Shown here: one piece after another, positions 1 through 9,884 of the stretch
Position numbering within the stretch: the stretch's first letter is position 1
Layout of the letters: every line of letters begins with the position of its first letter
Source of the DNA: an uncultured Verrucomicrobiae bacterium
GTDB taxonomy: Bacteria; Verrucomicrobiota; Verrucomicrobiia; Chthoniobacterales; UBA10450
Direction of reading: 5' to 3'
NCBI GenBank assembly: GCA_963756875.1
Contig: CAVWPA010000003.1
Location: 1,720,365 to 1,784,364, forward strand
DNA: 64,000 bases
The notes under the pieces: generated by a model
What the model was told of the DNA's origin: nothing
The model's database searches: none
The model's input: only the letters and a program-made list of their open reading frames with translations
Translations under genes and position numbers: made by a program

Positions 1-255
1 AACGAATCGATGACGTGGGCTTTTGAGAACAGCCAGGTCACGGTGGTGGTCCGCCAACTGACGGGTGCGGTTGCGCGGCGCATCGTTGCCTGGTCGCAGG
101 TCGGCGATGAATTGAAGAAAGGCGATCGGTTTGGAATGATTCGCTTTGGCTCCCGAACGGAAGTATATTTACCGCTTTCCGCCGCCGTGCTGGTGAAAGT
201 GGGCGATCACGTAGCTGGCGGATCGACGATTATCGCGCGCCTCCCCGAGCTATGA
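1..255 (+). CDS. psd: Phosphatidylserine decarboxylase (archaeal/short type), 3' part; truncated by window start
   Basis: C-terminal GMIRFGS autocleavage motif and QLTGAVARRI; overlaps the start of pssA. Confidence 0.9.
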   Translation, partial: NESMTWAFENSQVTVVVRQLTGAVARRIVAWSQVGDELKKGDRFGMIRFGSRTEVYLPLSAAVLVKVGDHVAGGSTIIARLPEL

Positions 256-1085
256 ACGAACAACCATCCAAGATTTATCTGCTGCCAAATTTGATGACGG
301 CGGGGAATCTGTTCTGCGGGTTTACCGCGACGCTGAAGATTCTCGAGGGCGCATTGTTGCAGAACACCAATGCCGAAGCTGCCTCCGATTTGTTTCACGC
401 TGGGATTTGGTTCATTCTCGGCGCCTGCATATTCGACCTGCTGGACGGGCGTCTGGCGCGTCTCGGCGGACACGAAAGCGCTTTTGGCCGCGAATTCGAT
501 TCGCTGGCAGATATCGTGTCATTCGGCGTCGCGCCGGCGTTGCTGGTCTATCGAATTGTGCTGCAGGAATTTCCGCGCGCCTGCTGGATCATTGCGTTCG
601 TTTATCTGGCGTGCGGCGCAATGCGGCTGGCCCGTTTCAACTCCGTAGCCGCCAATCAGGCGACAAACGGCCAGGACAACATGAAGAATTTCACCGGGTT
701 TCCGATTCCCGCGGCGGCGGGGCTTATCGCTTCAATTACGCTCTTCATGCTTTGGCTCGCTCAAGGCGAGCATTTTCTCGGGAAATGGAAATTCGTTTTG
801 CCTCCGCTGATGGTTTTTCTTTCGTTCATGATGTTTAGCCGCATCCAATATCCCAGCTTCAAAGCATTGAACTGGAAGACGAAGAAATCGATCCCGCGTT
901 TCCTTGCCATCATCCTCATCGCGATCTTTACCTGGCTCTATTACGAATGGATGCCCGCCGTGCTTTTTCTGGCGTATCTGCTTTACGGATTTCTGCGGCC
1001 GTGGCTTTCGCGCGAGTGGCGTCGCGAAATCGAAGAGGAAATCGGCGAGGAAACGCCCGACGAGCCGGCAGAGCAAACGTCGTAG
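252..1085 (+). CDS. pssA: CDP-diacylglycerol--serine O-phosphatidyltransferase
   Basis: LPNLMT start; DLLDGRLAR...FGREFDSLADIVSFG CDP-alcohol phosphotransferase motif; RLARFN; follows psd. Confidence 0.92.
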   Translation: MNEQPSKIYLLPNLMTAGNLFCGFTATLKILEGALLQNTNAEAASDLFHAGIWFILGACIFDLLDGRLARLGGHESAFGREFDSLADIVSFGVAPALLVYRIVLQEFPRACWIIAFVYLACGAMRLARFNSVAANQATNGQDNMKNFTGFPIPAAAGLIASITLFMLWLAQGEHFLGKWKFVLPPLMVFLSFMMFSRIQYPSFKALNWKTKKSIPRFLAIILIAIFTWLYYEWMPAVLFLAYLLYGFLRPWLSREWRREIEEEIGEETPDEPAEQTS

Positions 1086-1102
1086 ATTTTGGAATTGTCG
1101 CG

Positions 1103-1263
1103 TGTCATCCCGAACCGCGAAGACGGCGAGGGACCTTCCGCAAGAGCGAAGGTCACACGAGTTACGGTTGATCGGCGAACACGCTGGGTGCTGAATTGTT
1201 CTTTTCCCATTAGCGTGACGCAATCTCCGACTGGCGGGGTTCCTCGCTCCGCTCGGAATGACA
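1103..1263. repeat. TGTCAT...ATGACA-bounded palindromic intergenic element
   Basis: Inverted ends TGTCATCCCGA / TCGGAATGACA; related element at 40744-40825. Confidence 0.7.
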
Positions 1264-1285
1264 TCCGTTTGAATGGCGCGGACCC

Positions 1286-1359
1286 GCTGTAGCGGCGCCC
1301 TGTGAGCGTCGCAATCTTCATGCGCGATAAAGGCGACGGTCGTAGACCGCCGCTACAGC
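1286..1359. repeat. GTAG-family REP doublet
   Basis: GCTGTAGCGGCG ... CGCCGCTACAGC inverted ends with internal short hairpins. Confidence 0.8.
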
Positions 1360-2070
1360 TCACCGATTTAGCTTCGCAAGAATTTCCGGGTCGCGCACGT
1401 CGGCCCACGCGCCGCTTAATTCGAGAGCTTTCACTTTTTTTCCCGACCGGGCGAGATTGCGAATTGCGTCGGTCAACTCGTATTCGCCGCGTGGAGACGG
1501 TTTGAGTTTTGCGGTGAACTCAAAGATACCGGGCCGAAAGGCGTAAACTCCGGCGTTGTACCAGACACTGTTTGATTCACCGGGCTGTGGTTTTTCCCGG
1601 ATATCGGTCACTTCCATTTGTTCGTTCACAAAAACTGCGCCGCCCTTGCTGAGGTCCTCGCCACGGATCACAGTGACGATCGCTTCGACACCTTCGGGAA
1701 GATCGCCAATGCGCCTATAGTTCGTGGGCTCGACCAGGATGTCGCCGTAGCTTAGCACGAATGGCGAGAGGCCGGCAAAATCGCGCGCGAGCTCGACTAC
1801 GCGCCCCGTGCCGTCCTGCACGGTCTGCGTCATGTATTGAATCCCGATTTTGTAACGAGAGCCATCTCCGAAGAAATTCTGAACAGCTTCGGCATGATAA
1901 CCGACAATAATTAGAACATCACAGACGCCGGCGTCGCGCAGCCCTTCGACAATGTGTTGCAACACCGGCTTGCCGCGAACTTCGAGCATTGGCTTGGGCA
2001 GTTCTGCCGTCATCTCGCGCATCCGGGTCCCGCGGCCGGCTGCCAGCACGACTGCTTTGTCGATCTTCAT
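1360..2070 (-). CDS. Sugar-1-phosphate nucleotidyltransferase (RmlA/GlmU N-domain-like)
   Basis: KAVVLAAGRGTRM, LPKPML, SYGDIL, EKP, SPRGEYELTD motifs. Confidence 0.9.
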   Translation of the reverse strand: MKIDKAVVLAAGRGTRMREMTAELPKPMLEVRGKPVLQHIVEGLRDAGVCDVLIIVGYHAEAVQNFFGDGSRYKIGIQYMTQTVQDGTGRVVELARDFAGLSPFVLSYGDILVEPTNYRRIGDLPEGVEAIVTVIRGEDLSKGGAVFVNEQMEVTDIREKPQPGESNSVWYNAGVYAFRPGIFEFTAKLKPSPRGEYELTDAIRNLARSGKKVKALELSGAWADVRDPEILAKLNR

Positions 2071-2202
2071 TTTGGTTGCCTGGGGTGGATCGAGCTCTCT
2101 CAGCCCGATGTTACGATCAGGTGGCGAAGCCGCAATTAACTTAACGTTACGCGCTCATGGGCAACTCTCGTGCTTCCTCATACGCGAATTGCCAATCGTA
2201 AA

Positions 2203-5200
2203 TCAAGGTTGACCGATTTTCTCGGTAACGAACAGCGCCGGCAGATTCGCATCTTTGATCAAGCCGTTCACTTTGGGAACTTCGCTCGATTTCAGTTCCG
2301 CCCATTTTTTCAATTGTTCGCCCAGTTTGCCGTTGAGCATTTGAAAAACGTTCAGCTGCGACTGGGTCGGGGCCGTGTCCCCAGCCTCGATGATATGGCT
2401 GAAAGCGTCGAAGCGTTCGTTGAGCATGCTGGGGAAGGCGAGGTTCGCTTCCGATCCTTTCATGTCGACCTGAATGAGCTGTTCCTCGACCTGCGACATT
2501 TTGTGATCGAGATCGTCGGCGGCCGCGAGCGCAGGTTTCAAATTCTCCTCGTACCCGAAGCGGGTGTGAAGATCTTTGATTTCCTTTTCCATCTGGCGGA
2601 TCTCGTTAATGGCTCCGTGAAGTCGCGAGATGTCGTCGTTGACCTTCATCGCGAGCGCAAATTGCTGTTGCACAGCCTGCTCGGAACCTTTCGTGCGCGG
2701 GTCGGTAACGAGATGCAGCGGTACGGTCTGCGATTTGCCGCCGGCTGTTAGTTTCACCTGATAATCCCCTGGCACGGCCAGTGGCCCTCTCGGTCCGGTT
2801 CCGGCATAAAATGCGCCGGGCACCTGCACGGGATCGTCGTAACGCAGGTCCCATGCGAACCGGTCCATTCCCGCGTTGGCCGGTATGGTTTTGGCCCGCT
2901 CGAGGAAGTCCGGCCATTCAGGAGGCTGCTCGTTCTTGTTTTTCTCCTGGCTGGAAAAATGCCTGACAATTTTTCCCTGGGAATCGAGAATATCGAGCGT
3001 CACTTCGCCCTTGGGCGCGGTCTTGAAGTAGTAATCGATGATTGCTCCGGCAGGCGGGTTCTCTCCGACTGGCAATCGCGTATCGACTTCGTCCGGGTAA
3101 TGCAAACGGAGCGCGGTCTGCGGTTGATAGAGCAGCGTGTCCGCTTGCGCCGATTGGGCGCTGACCTGTCGCAGCGGCGTGAGATCGTCGAGCACCCAGA
3201 AAGAACGACCATGTGTCGCTACCACCAGATCGTCGTCTTTGACCACGAGATCACGAATCGGCGACTGCGGGAGATTCAACTGCAGAGGTTCCCAATGCGC
3301 GCCGTCATCGAATGAAACGAACACGCCGCGTTCTGTTCCCGCGTAAAGCAGTCCACGCTTTTTGGGATCTTCGCGCACGGCACGCACATAAGCGCCCTCG
3401 GGGATTCCATTCACGATTGAAGTCCACGTTTTTCCAAGGTTTGTCGTTTTGAATATGTATGGCTTGAAATCATCGAGTTTATGCCGGTCGACCGCGACGT
3501 AAGCGGTATTGGCGTCGAGCGGTGACGCTTCGATCAGGCTAACCGTGCTCCACTCCGGCATTTTCGGTGTGACGTTAGACCAATTTTTACCGTCGTCGGT
3601 CGTTACCTGGACGAGACCATCGTCGGTGCCGGCCCAGATCGTCCCCTGTTTCAGGGAAGATTCAGCCAGCGCAAAAATCGTGTCGTAATATTCGACAGAT
3701 GTAATGTCTTTCGTAAGCGGTCCGCCGCTCGGTTTTTGTTTGTTCTTGTCGTTACGAGTGAGATCGCCGCTTATCTGTGTCCAACTGTGGCCGTGATCGG
3801 CGGACTTAAAGACACATTCCGCCGCTGTGTAAAGAACGTCGGGATTGTGCGGCGAAAGCATCAACGGCGACACCCATTGGAACCGGTGGACCAGATCCGA
3901 CGCGGGGTGTCCGGAATTGTCGAGCGGGACGGGACTGATGTCCTGTGCCTCGCCTTTCTTTTTGTCGTAGCGGACGGCGTAGCCTTCACTGTTCGAATAA
4001 ATGATCTGCCAGTCGCGTGGATCGGGAACCACAAAACCGCATTCGCCATCACCGGCCACGAACCAGTCCTCGCGACCGATCACTCCGGAATCGCTGCGGC
4101 TGGCAATTCCAATGTTTGAGTTGTCCTGTTGCGCGCCATAAATGTGATACGGAAACGCGTTGTCGACCGCGACATGATAAAATTGCGCGGTCGGCTGATT
4201 GTTCTCCCGTGTCCATGTCTTGCCGCCGTCCGTCGAGATGCTCGCGCCGCCATCGCTCACGTTTCCGATCCGGTCCGGATTGTTCGGGTCGATCCAAAGC
4301 CCGTGATGGTCACCATGTCGCGCGGGCAACAGCGTGAAATCTTTTCCGCCGTCCACCGATCGAAATAATCCCGTGTTCAGTAGATAGACCGCGTCCACGG
4401 ATTTTGGATCCGCGTACACCTTGCTGAAGTACCAGGCGCGCTGGCGAAAGCGTCCGTCACTATTAATGCGTTTCCAATGCTCGCCACCATCCTCGGAACG
4501 GTAGAGACCGCCGTCCTTCGCTTCGATGATCGCATAGACGCGGTTGGAATCGGCCCCGGAGACGGCCACGCCGATCCGGCCCAACTCTCCGCCTGGCAGT
4601 CCGTTGCCCTCGAGATGTTTCCAGGTGACGCCGTTGTCTTCCGACCGATACAAGCCGCTTCCCGGTCCGCCGCTGGAAAAAAACCAAGGTTGGCGGCGCA
4701 TCTGCCAGAGCGCGGCGAAGACAATGTTCGGATTATGCGGATCGAACACGACGTCGATGCCGCCGGTGTTTTCGTCTTTGCTTAAGACGTTGGTCCAGGT
4801 CTTTCCGCCGTCCATTGTGCGAAAAATCCCCCGTTCCTTGTTAGGCCCGAAAGCGTGGCCCAGCGCCGCCACGAGCGCCACGTTGGCATTTCTTGGATCG
4901 ACGATCAGGGCGCCAATGTGGTGGCTGTCTTTCAGTCCAACATTTTCCCAGGTCTTCCCGCCATCGACCGATTTAAAGACGCCCGTGCCGTACGTGATGT
5001 TGCCGCGGGGAGCCGCTTCGCCTGTTCCGACGTAGATGACATTATGGTCGGAGGGCGCTACCGCGATGGCGCCGATGGATGAGATTGGTTCTTTGTCAAA
5101 GAGAGGCTTCCAATTCGCGCCGCCGTCCACCGTTTTCCAAACCCCGCCCGCTACAGCCCCGAAATAGTACTTATCCGGTTCATCGGAGATTCCCTCGATG

Positions 5201-5409
5201 GCGAGCGCGCGTCCACCGCGAAACGGTCCGACGAGCCGCCACTTCATTCCGTCGAACAAATTTTCGTTGATCGCGGGGGCGGGTGTCGCTTTAGGGGATG
5301 AAGCAATATGCGCGGGTTTTGGCGAGGGATTGGCAGCGAAAGCGGTCGCGCAAAATAAAGCGAACGTGGATAAGACAAGTGAAGGAAAGCGGCCGGCGGG
5401 CGTGTTCAT
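2203..5409 (-). CDS. Secreted BNR/Asp-box (VPS10/sortilin-like) beta-propeller protein, glycosyl hydrolase-like
   Basis: Signal peptide; many S/TxDGGxT/NW Asp-box repeats; WRLVGPFRGGR start; helical C-terminus. Confidence 0.88.
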   Translation of the reverse strand: MNTPAGRFPSLVLSTFALFCATAFAANPSPKPAHIASSPKATPAPAINENLFDGMKWRLVGPFRGGRALAIEGISDEPDKYYFGAVAGGVWKTVDGGANWKPLFDKEPISSIGAIAVAPSDHNVIYVGTGEAAPRGNITYGTGVFKSVDGGKTWENVGLKDSHHIGALIVDPRNANVALVAALGHAFGPNKERGIFRTMDGGKTWTNVLSKDENTGGIDVVFDPHNPNIVFAALWQMRRQPWFFSSGGPGSGLYRSEDNGVTWKHLEGNGLPGGELGRIGVAVSGADSNRVYAIIEAKDGGLYRSEDGGEHWKRINSDGRFRQRAWYFSKVYADPKSVDAVYLLNTGLFRSVDGGKDFTLLPARHGDHHGLWIDPNNPDRIGNVSDGGASISTDGGKTWTRENNQPTAQFYHVAVDNAFPYHIYGAQQDNSNIGIASRSDSGVIGREDWFVAGDGECGFVVPDPRDWQIIYSNSEGYAVRYDKKKGEAQDISPVPLDNSGHPASDLVHRFQWVSPLMLSPHNPDVLYTAAECVFKSADHGHSWTQISGDLTRNDKNKQKPSGGPLTKDITSVEYYDTIFALAESSLKQGTIWAGTDDGLVQVTTDDGKNWSNVTPKMPEWSTVSLIEASPLDANTAYVAVDRHKLDDFKPYIFKTTNLGKTWTSIVNGIPEGAYVRAVREDPKKRGLLYAGTERGVFVSFDDGAHWEPLQLNLPQSPIRDLVVKDDDLVVATHGRSFWVLDDLTPLRQVSAQSAQADTLLYQPQTALRLHYPDEVDTRLPVGENPPAGAIIDYYFKTAPKGEVTLDILDSQGKIVRHFSSQEKNKNEQPPEWPDFLERAKTIPANAGMDRFAWDLRYDDPVQVPGAFYAGTGPRGPLAVPGDYQVKLTAGGKSQTVPLHLVTDPRTKGSEQAVQQQFALAMKVNDDISRLHGAINEIRQMEKEIKDLHTRFGYEENLKPALAAADDLDHKMSQVEEQLIQVDMKGSEANLAFPSMLNERFDAFSHIIEAGDTAPTQSQLNVFQMLNGKLGEQLKKWAELKSSEVPKVNGLIKDANLPALFVTEKIGQP

Positions 5410-5453
5410 CCGTGTAAGGTGGGAAGGTTGCAGCGTCCTTCAACTGGAATCAG

Positions 5454-5918
5454 CTAATCGGTGGGGCGCCGTAACGCGGGTGAAGGAGCGGCCGGGCTTT
5501 CAAATTCAGTCGAGCCGACTAATTGCTTCCCGGCCCGAGAGGCCTGTCGTCCTGCCTGTCGCGTCCGCGCCGCGAGAAGGTAGGCGAGAACCGCGTCGCG
5601 CTCGGCCGGTTTCAAATCAGCGCGAGGCGCCATTCCCCGAACGATGCGTGGCCAATCCGAAGCGCTATAACGCGAAGCCACGGGGAGAGTGTGGCATTCG
5701 ATGCAGCGTGAAGCGAAGAGAACGCGGCCCTGGCGCAACGTAGCGAGATTGACACGCTGGCGCGCCGCCGCTTGCGACCATTCCGGTGTTACTGAAGGGG
5801 GCTTGTAACTTAGCGATTCACAACCAGCCAAAGCGGCGACGAAGTAAAGGCAGACGAGCATGCCGACGTGTCGCGCACATGCCGGCAATATGGCATTTCT
5901 CATCCTGAGAGCGGTCAT
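5454..5918 (-). CDS. Monoheme c-type cytochrome lipoprotein
   Basis: Lipobox LAGC; CIECH heme motif; distal Met in WPRIVRGM; start placed at ATG 5918 (or 5903) just after the upstream stop. Confidence 0.75.
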   Translation of the reverse strand: MTALRMRNAILPACARHVGMLVCLYFVAALAGCESLSYKPPSVTPEWSQAAARQRVNLATLRQGRVLFASRCIECHTLPVASRYSASDWPRIVRGMAPRADLKPAERDAVLAYLLAARTRQAGRQASRAGKQLVGSTEFESPAAPSPALRRPTD

Positions 5919-5922
5919 GTCG

Positions 5923-6762
5923 CTAAAACCCAAAGCCGAAGATCGTGCGGAGTTGCAGGTCCGGCTCGTCTGCCGTGCTGGTCGCTTGTGCAAGGGCGGT
6001 AATTGTCGCGAAACAGCGGCCATGACGGAGCGCGATGTTCGGACCGAGGAAAATATTTCGCGTCCGCTGTTCGTCCCGCCATTCCGGAAACACGAACTCA
6101 TGCAGCAGCTCGATTCCCACAGAGACGCACGGCGAAAGTTGATAACTCGCGCCCAGCGCCTGTTGCAACTCCCCGTTGCTCTCCTCGAGATGGCGTCCGT
6201 TCCATTCGGCTTCCATCGTCAGATTGTAATCGAGAATCAGCGGCCCGAAATTTTTCTGGGCGATTAGTTTCGATTCCGATTCGAAATGCTGACGGCCTGC
6301 GCTGATTTCCTCATAAATAGAGATGCCGGCGGGATCGATGACCGGATTGCTGAAATTGTAAATGAGCTCTACAGCACCGCCGTCGTAGGAAACGCCGTCC
6401 TCATCGGCGTGGTTCGCGTCGCGATAAGACCAATCAAGAGGATAAAGTCCAATCTGGAAGTGGTCTGTGATTCCGATCTCCAATTCTTCCCGAAAACCCA
6501 CTTCGTCCAGGCGGGTCGCGCCATCGTTGGTCCGCGCCCATGTGATCGTGTTCTCCGATTCGATGCTTCCCGGGGCCGAGGTCGGCGCTTCGTAGAGAAA
6601 CGTAAAATGGCGCGCTCCAGCAAAAGCGGAAGCGGCCGATAACGTCAACAGGAAGGCGATGGCCGATAAAAAACCGATCCGAAATTCCGGGTGTTCCGCG
6701 ATTGAGCGAGGCGCTCTTGCGGAAGACTTGGCGTTAGAGAAGGTCCGCCAAGTCCCGCTCAC
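5923..6762 (-). CDS. Putative outer-membrane beta-barrel protein
   Basis: Signal peptide (AASAFA), alternating amphipathic strands, C-terminal ...RTIFGFGF ending in Phe; true start may lie downstream of 6762. Confidence 0.65.
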   Translation of the reverse strand: MSGTWRTFSNAKSSARAPRSIAEHPEFRIGFLSAIAFLLTLSAASAFAGARHFTFLYEAPTSAPGSIESENTITWARTNDGATRLDEVGFREELEIGITDHFQIGLYPLDWSYRDANHADEDGVSYDGGAVELIYNFSNPVIDPAGISIYEEISAGRQHFESESKLIAQKNFGPLILDYNLTMEAEWNGRHLEESNGELQQALGASYQLSPCVSVGIELLHEFVFPEWRDEQRTRNIFLGPNIALRHGRCFATITALAQATSTADEPDLQLRTIFGFGF

Positions 6763-7862
6763 GAGACCGTTTCGAATCGTTCCGAAATGGCGGCGCGACG
6801 ATTGGCAGCAGTGTCATCAGCCACGCCGGCCGCATTCTCTTCGGTTACGGGCGGCGCGGCAGCCTCGACAGTGTCTCCTGGTAAAGCGCTAAAGTGTCTG
6901 GCCGCGTAGTAAGAGCCGACGACAACAACCGCGGCGATGAGTTGCGCGATCATCGTTTCGCGCGTGGGGAAGACCGCAAACCACATGCTGATCCATCCCG
7001 GGATCCGGTCTGCCAGCCAGGGAATTGGGGTTGTGGGAATCCAGTGGGCCAGCTGCATTTCCTGCGCTTGCTCGCCTACCATCACCAGCAAAACAACGCC
7101 GAGAAGAAGACCCGTCGTGATCAACATCTTTCGATAAGGAAGGCGTTGTTGAAGGACAAAGGTGAGCATCGCGACCATGCCTGAAAGGACGATGCCGAGC
7201 AGCGCGCCTTGCAGCACGACGCCTCCGCCCAGGCGCAAATTGTAGCTTTGAAGAAACAGGACGACCTCGAAGCCTTCGCGATAAAGCGAAGTGAAACCGA
7301 GCAGAATTAGCCCCCACCACAGGCGCGACCGTGTAATCTCTTCCGCTCCCGCCCCTGCCAGGAGCGATTTTCGCCGGCGATTGTGCGCGCGAATCCAACC
7401 GCCCCAATAAATCTTGTGAAAGAACCAATTCATGATCACGAGCAGCACAATCACTGCAAGCAATCCGGTCGCCGCTTGCAGATCGAGCGCCGGCATGTTG
7501 TCGCTGAGCGAACTGACGATTCGTACCGCGACCACCCATGTGACCAGAGTCGCTGCGAAGGCAATGCCCGCACCGGCTGCGACGGGACGACGATATGCGC
7601 GTTTGACCCCGGTCATGCTCGCGGTGATCGCGGCCAGGACCAGAATGCATTCGAGCCCTTCGCGAAAGACAAGAACGCCAATATCGAGAAACGCGACTGT
7701 CCGGCTTGTGTCGGCGCGCATTGGATCGGGCGCGCCGTGGACAGTGAGTCCCTGCCAGAGAACCATCGCCAGCACACAACCGGCTGCCACCCAAATTGCG
7801 ACGCGCAAAAGAGCGCGTACTGCAGGGCGCTTCGATAGCAAAGCAGTCGCAGTCACAAACAA
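6759..7862 (-). CDS. FTR1/EfeU family iron permease
   Basis: Two REGxE motifs (FREGLE, YREGFE) and multiple transmembrane helices. Confidence 0.9.
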   Translation of the reverse strand: MFVTATALLSKRPAVRALLRVAIWVAAGCVLAMVLWQGLTVHGAPDPMRADTSRTVAFLDIGVLVFREGLECILVLAAITASMTGVKRAYRRPVAAGAGIAFAATLVTWVVAVRIVSSLSDNMPALDLQAATGLLAVIVLLVIMNWFFHKIYWGGWIRAHNRRRKSLLAGAGAEEITRSRLWWGLILLGFTSLYREGFEVVLFLQSYNLRLGGGVVLQGALLGIVLSGMVAMLTFVLQQRLPYRKMLITTGLLLGVVLLVMVGEQAQEMQLAHWIPTTPIPWLADRIPGWISMWFAVFPTRETMIAQLIAAVVVVGSYYAARHFSALPGDTVEAAAPPVTEENAAGVADDTAANRRAAISERFETVS

Positions 7863-7947
7863 AGGCTATCACATTCCCTTGCCGGTCGCTGCCGGTCAGT
7901 TGCGTTTTTTTAGCGGCCAATTGCGCCGCCTCAGACACTTCGCGCCC

Positions 7948-8727
7948 TTACTGCCGGCTGTAAAAATCCACTCCCGAAAGCGTCGTGCCGGTTAATCCTA
8001 TCCCCACCGCAAGCGTTCGTCCGTCCTCGGAAACTTGCAGTCGCTCTACATAAGCGAGTTTCCCGTTAACTTTGCCGAACATCTCGATTATCCCCGGGCC
8101 AACGCGCCGGGCCGAAACGGTGGAGCCCGGCGTGACGTGCGGACCCTTATCCGGATAATCTTCGCCATCGAACTTCAGATCGACGCGCTCCCCGCTATCG
8201 CGGCTGATTAACGATAACCCGTCGCCCCCATACGGTTGGATCGACCAGTTGATCGGTTTATGGCGCCTGGGCGATACGCTTTCCCAGGTTCCGATCAATC
8301 CTGACGTTCCGGCAATTCGCCTTGCCGTATATTCGCTTTTGTAGGTCGAACCGTCGTTCTTAACACCTTCGGTAACCGAATTGAACGTTTGGTTGTCCGG
8401 GGAAACGGTCCAAATAGAACTGGAGATGATTTGACCGTTTAATTTATCGATGGATTTCCATTTATTGGGACCTATCCGCCTTAACGCCCAAGTCGTGCCG
8501 CCGCCAGTAGGGTGGTCCTCGCCGTCGAGAACGATCGTCTCCACCTTGTCGCCGGTGGTAAATCTGTATTTGTAGTTGCCGAGATCCTCGATCTTTTCCT
8601 GAACGCCCGCGAATCTGCTCTTGTCGGGTATCAGTTTCCAATTGCCAACAAATGGATTGTCAGCGGCACTCGCGCGAGCCGACAGCATGGAAAACAAAGA
8701 TAGAATAATTAGATGGCGAATATTCAT
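7948..8727 (-). CDS. Secreted hypothetical protein with two tandem lipocalin-like repeats
   Basis: Signal peptide; GNWKL...DGEDHP...TVSPDNQT repeated as GTWES...DGEDYP...QVSEDGRT. Confidence 0.7.
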   Translation of the reverse strand: MNIRHLIILSLFSMLSARASAADNPFVGNWKLIPDKSRFAGVQEKIEDLGNYKYRFTTGDKVETIVLDGEDHPTGGGTTWALRRIGPNKWKSIDKLNGQIISSSIWTVSPDNQTFNSVTEGVKNDGSTYKSEYTARRIAGTSGLIGTWESVSPRRHKPINWSIQPYGGDGLSLISRDSGERVDLKFDGEDYPDKGPHVTPGSTVSARRVGPGIIEMFGKVNGKLAYVERLQVSEDGRTLAVGIGLTGTTLSGVDFYSRQ

Positions 8728-8944
8728 AATACGGATGCGTCTCGTTGAAAGTTTAACGCGTCGCGCGTTTCAATCAATCTGCCAAGGTAAAAACCAGCTC
8801 GGCGACGGGGCCCGGAGGTTTCCGGTTTCAAATCCTGGAGATTGTTTCCGCCGACTCCCCGGATTGGCGTGGCGCCTGGGACAAAGCGAGGCGGCTACAC
8901 CGGGGGGGATCTTGTGATTTCCTGCGCATCGCGTAACTTCGCCG

Positions 8945-9451
8945 GTGCGACGTTGTCCGGGAAATCGACCGGTTCGCCCCGGGGTGGACCAGGCATTTAC
9001 GTTGATCGAGATCGTTATCGCGATCTCCATTCTCGTGGTGGTGCTTCTTCTGGCGGTTCCGAGTCTGACCGGCGTCCTTGCGAACAATCGGCTGCGGCGT
9101 TCGCTCGATCGCTTTAACGGATTGGTGCATGAGGCGCAGGAACGGAGTGTCACCGAGCACCGCGCATATCTCATCGTGTGGGGCGATAAGGATATCGAGT
9201 TGCGTCCGGAGGTAGTCGGCAAAAAGGAAGAAGCAAATCCGACCGACGGATTTCAACTGGCGCGCGGAGAAACCTTGACTCTGACGCTACCCGCCGCGCT
9301 GACCAAACATCCGCCAGCCCAATGGATATTCTGGCCGTCGGGAATATGCGAACCGGCGATTGTCGAGTTCAAAGGGCGCGACGGCGTGTGGAAAGCCGAT
9401 TATTCTGCGCTGACCGCGCGCTCAGACCTCTTGAATTATGCGACGCGCTAA
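8945..9451 (+). CDS. gspH: Type II secretion minor pseudopilin (GspH-like)
   Basis: Prepilin site A|FTLIEIVIAISIL; first gene of the pseudopilin run. Confidence 0.75.
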   Translation: MRRCPGNRPVRPGVDQAFTLIEIVIAISILVVVLLLAVPSLTGVLANNRLRRSLDRFNGLVHEAQERSVTEHRAYLIVWGDKDIELRPEVVGKKEEANPTDGFQLARGETLTLTLPAALTKHPPAQWIFWPSGICEPAIVEFKGRDGVWKADYSALTARSDLLNYATR

Positions 9452-9884
9452 AGACCGGACGAATCCGGCGGCCGGCATTCCGCATCGACGCGCTGCAAGA
9501 AAGCGCGCATTCGCCCTTTATGAGGTGCTGCTTGGCGTTGCGATTTTCGCCATTGGAGTTCTGGCGCTTGGCCGTGCAGTCCAAAATTGCCTCAACGCAA
9601 GCACGCTCAACGCAGAGGAAGAACGCGTTCGTCAGATTTTATCGAATCGTATGGCGGAAATTCAGGCCACACCGGGATTTCCCGATTCGGCAAAGGAATC
9701 GAAAATCGATACCGGATACGGAGTTGTAAAGCTGATCCAGAAAGCCGCCCCTGCTGGGTTGGAGGAAGATAACGTTCAACTTAACGGAATCGACGTGGTC
9801 ACGTTGAGCGCGCAGTGGATGCGCGGCGGCGTCGCGCAATCGAGGCAGCTCCAGTTTTATGTCTATCGCGTCGGGGCAGGTTAA
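9438..9884 (+). CDS. gspI: Type II secretion minor pseudopilin (GspI-like)
   Basis: A|FALYEVLLGVAIF prepilin-like site; gene order. Confidence 0.7.
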   Translation: MRRAKDRTNPAAGIPHRRAARKRAFALYEVLLGVAIFAIGVLALGRAVQNCLNASTLNAEEERVRQILSNRMAEIQATPGFPDSAKESKIDTGYGVVKLIQKAAPAGLEEDNVQLNGIDVVTLSAQWMRGGVAQSRQLQFYVYRVGAG

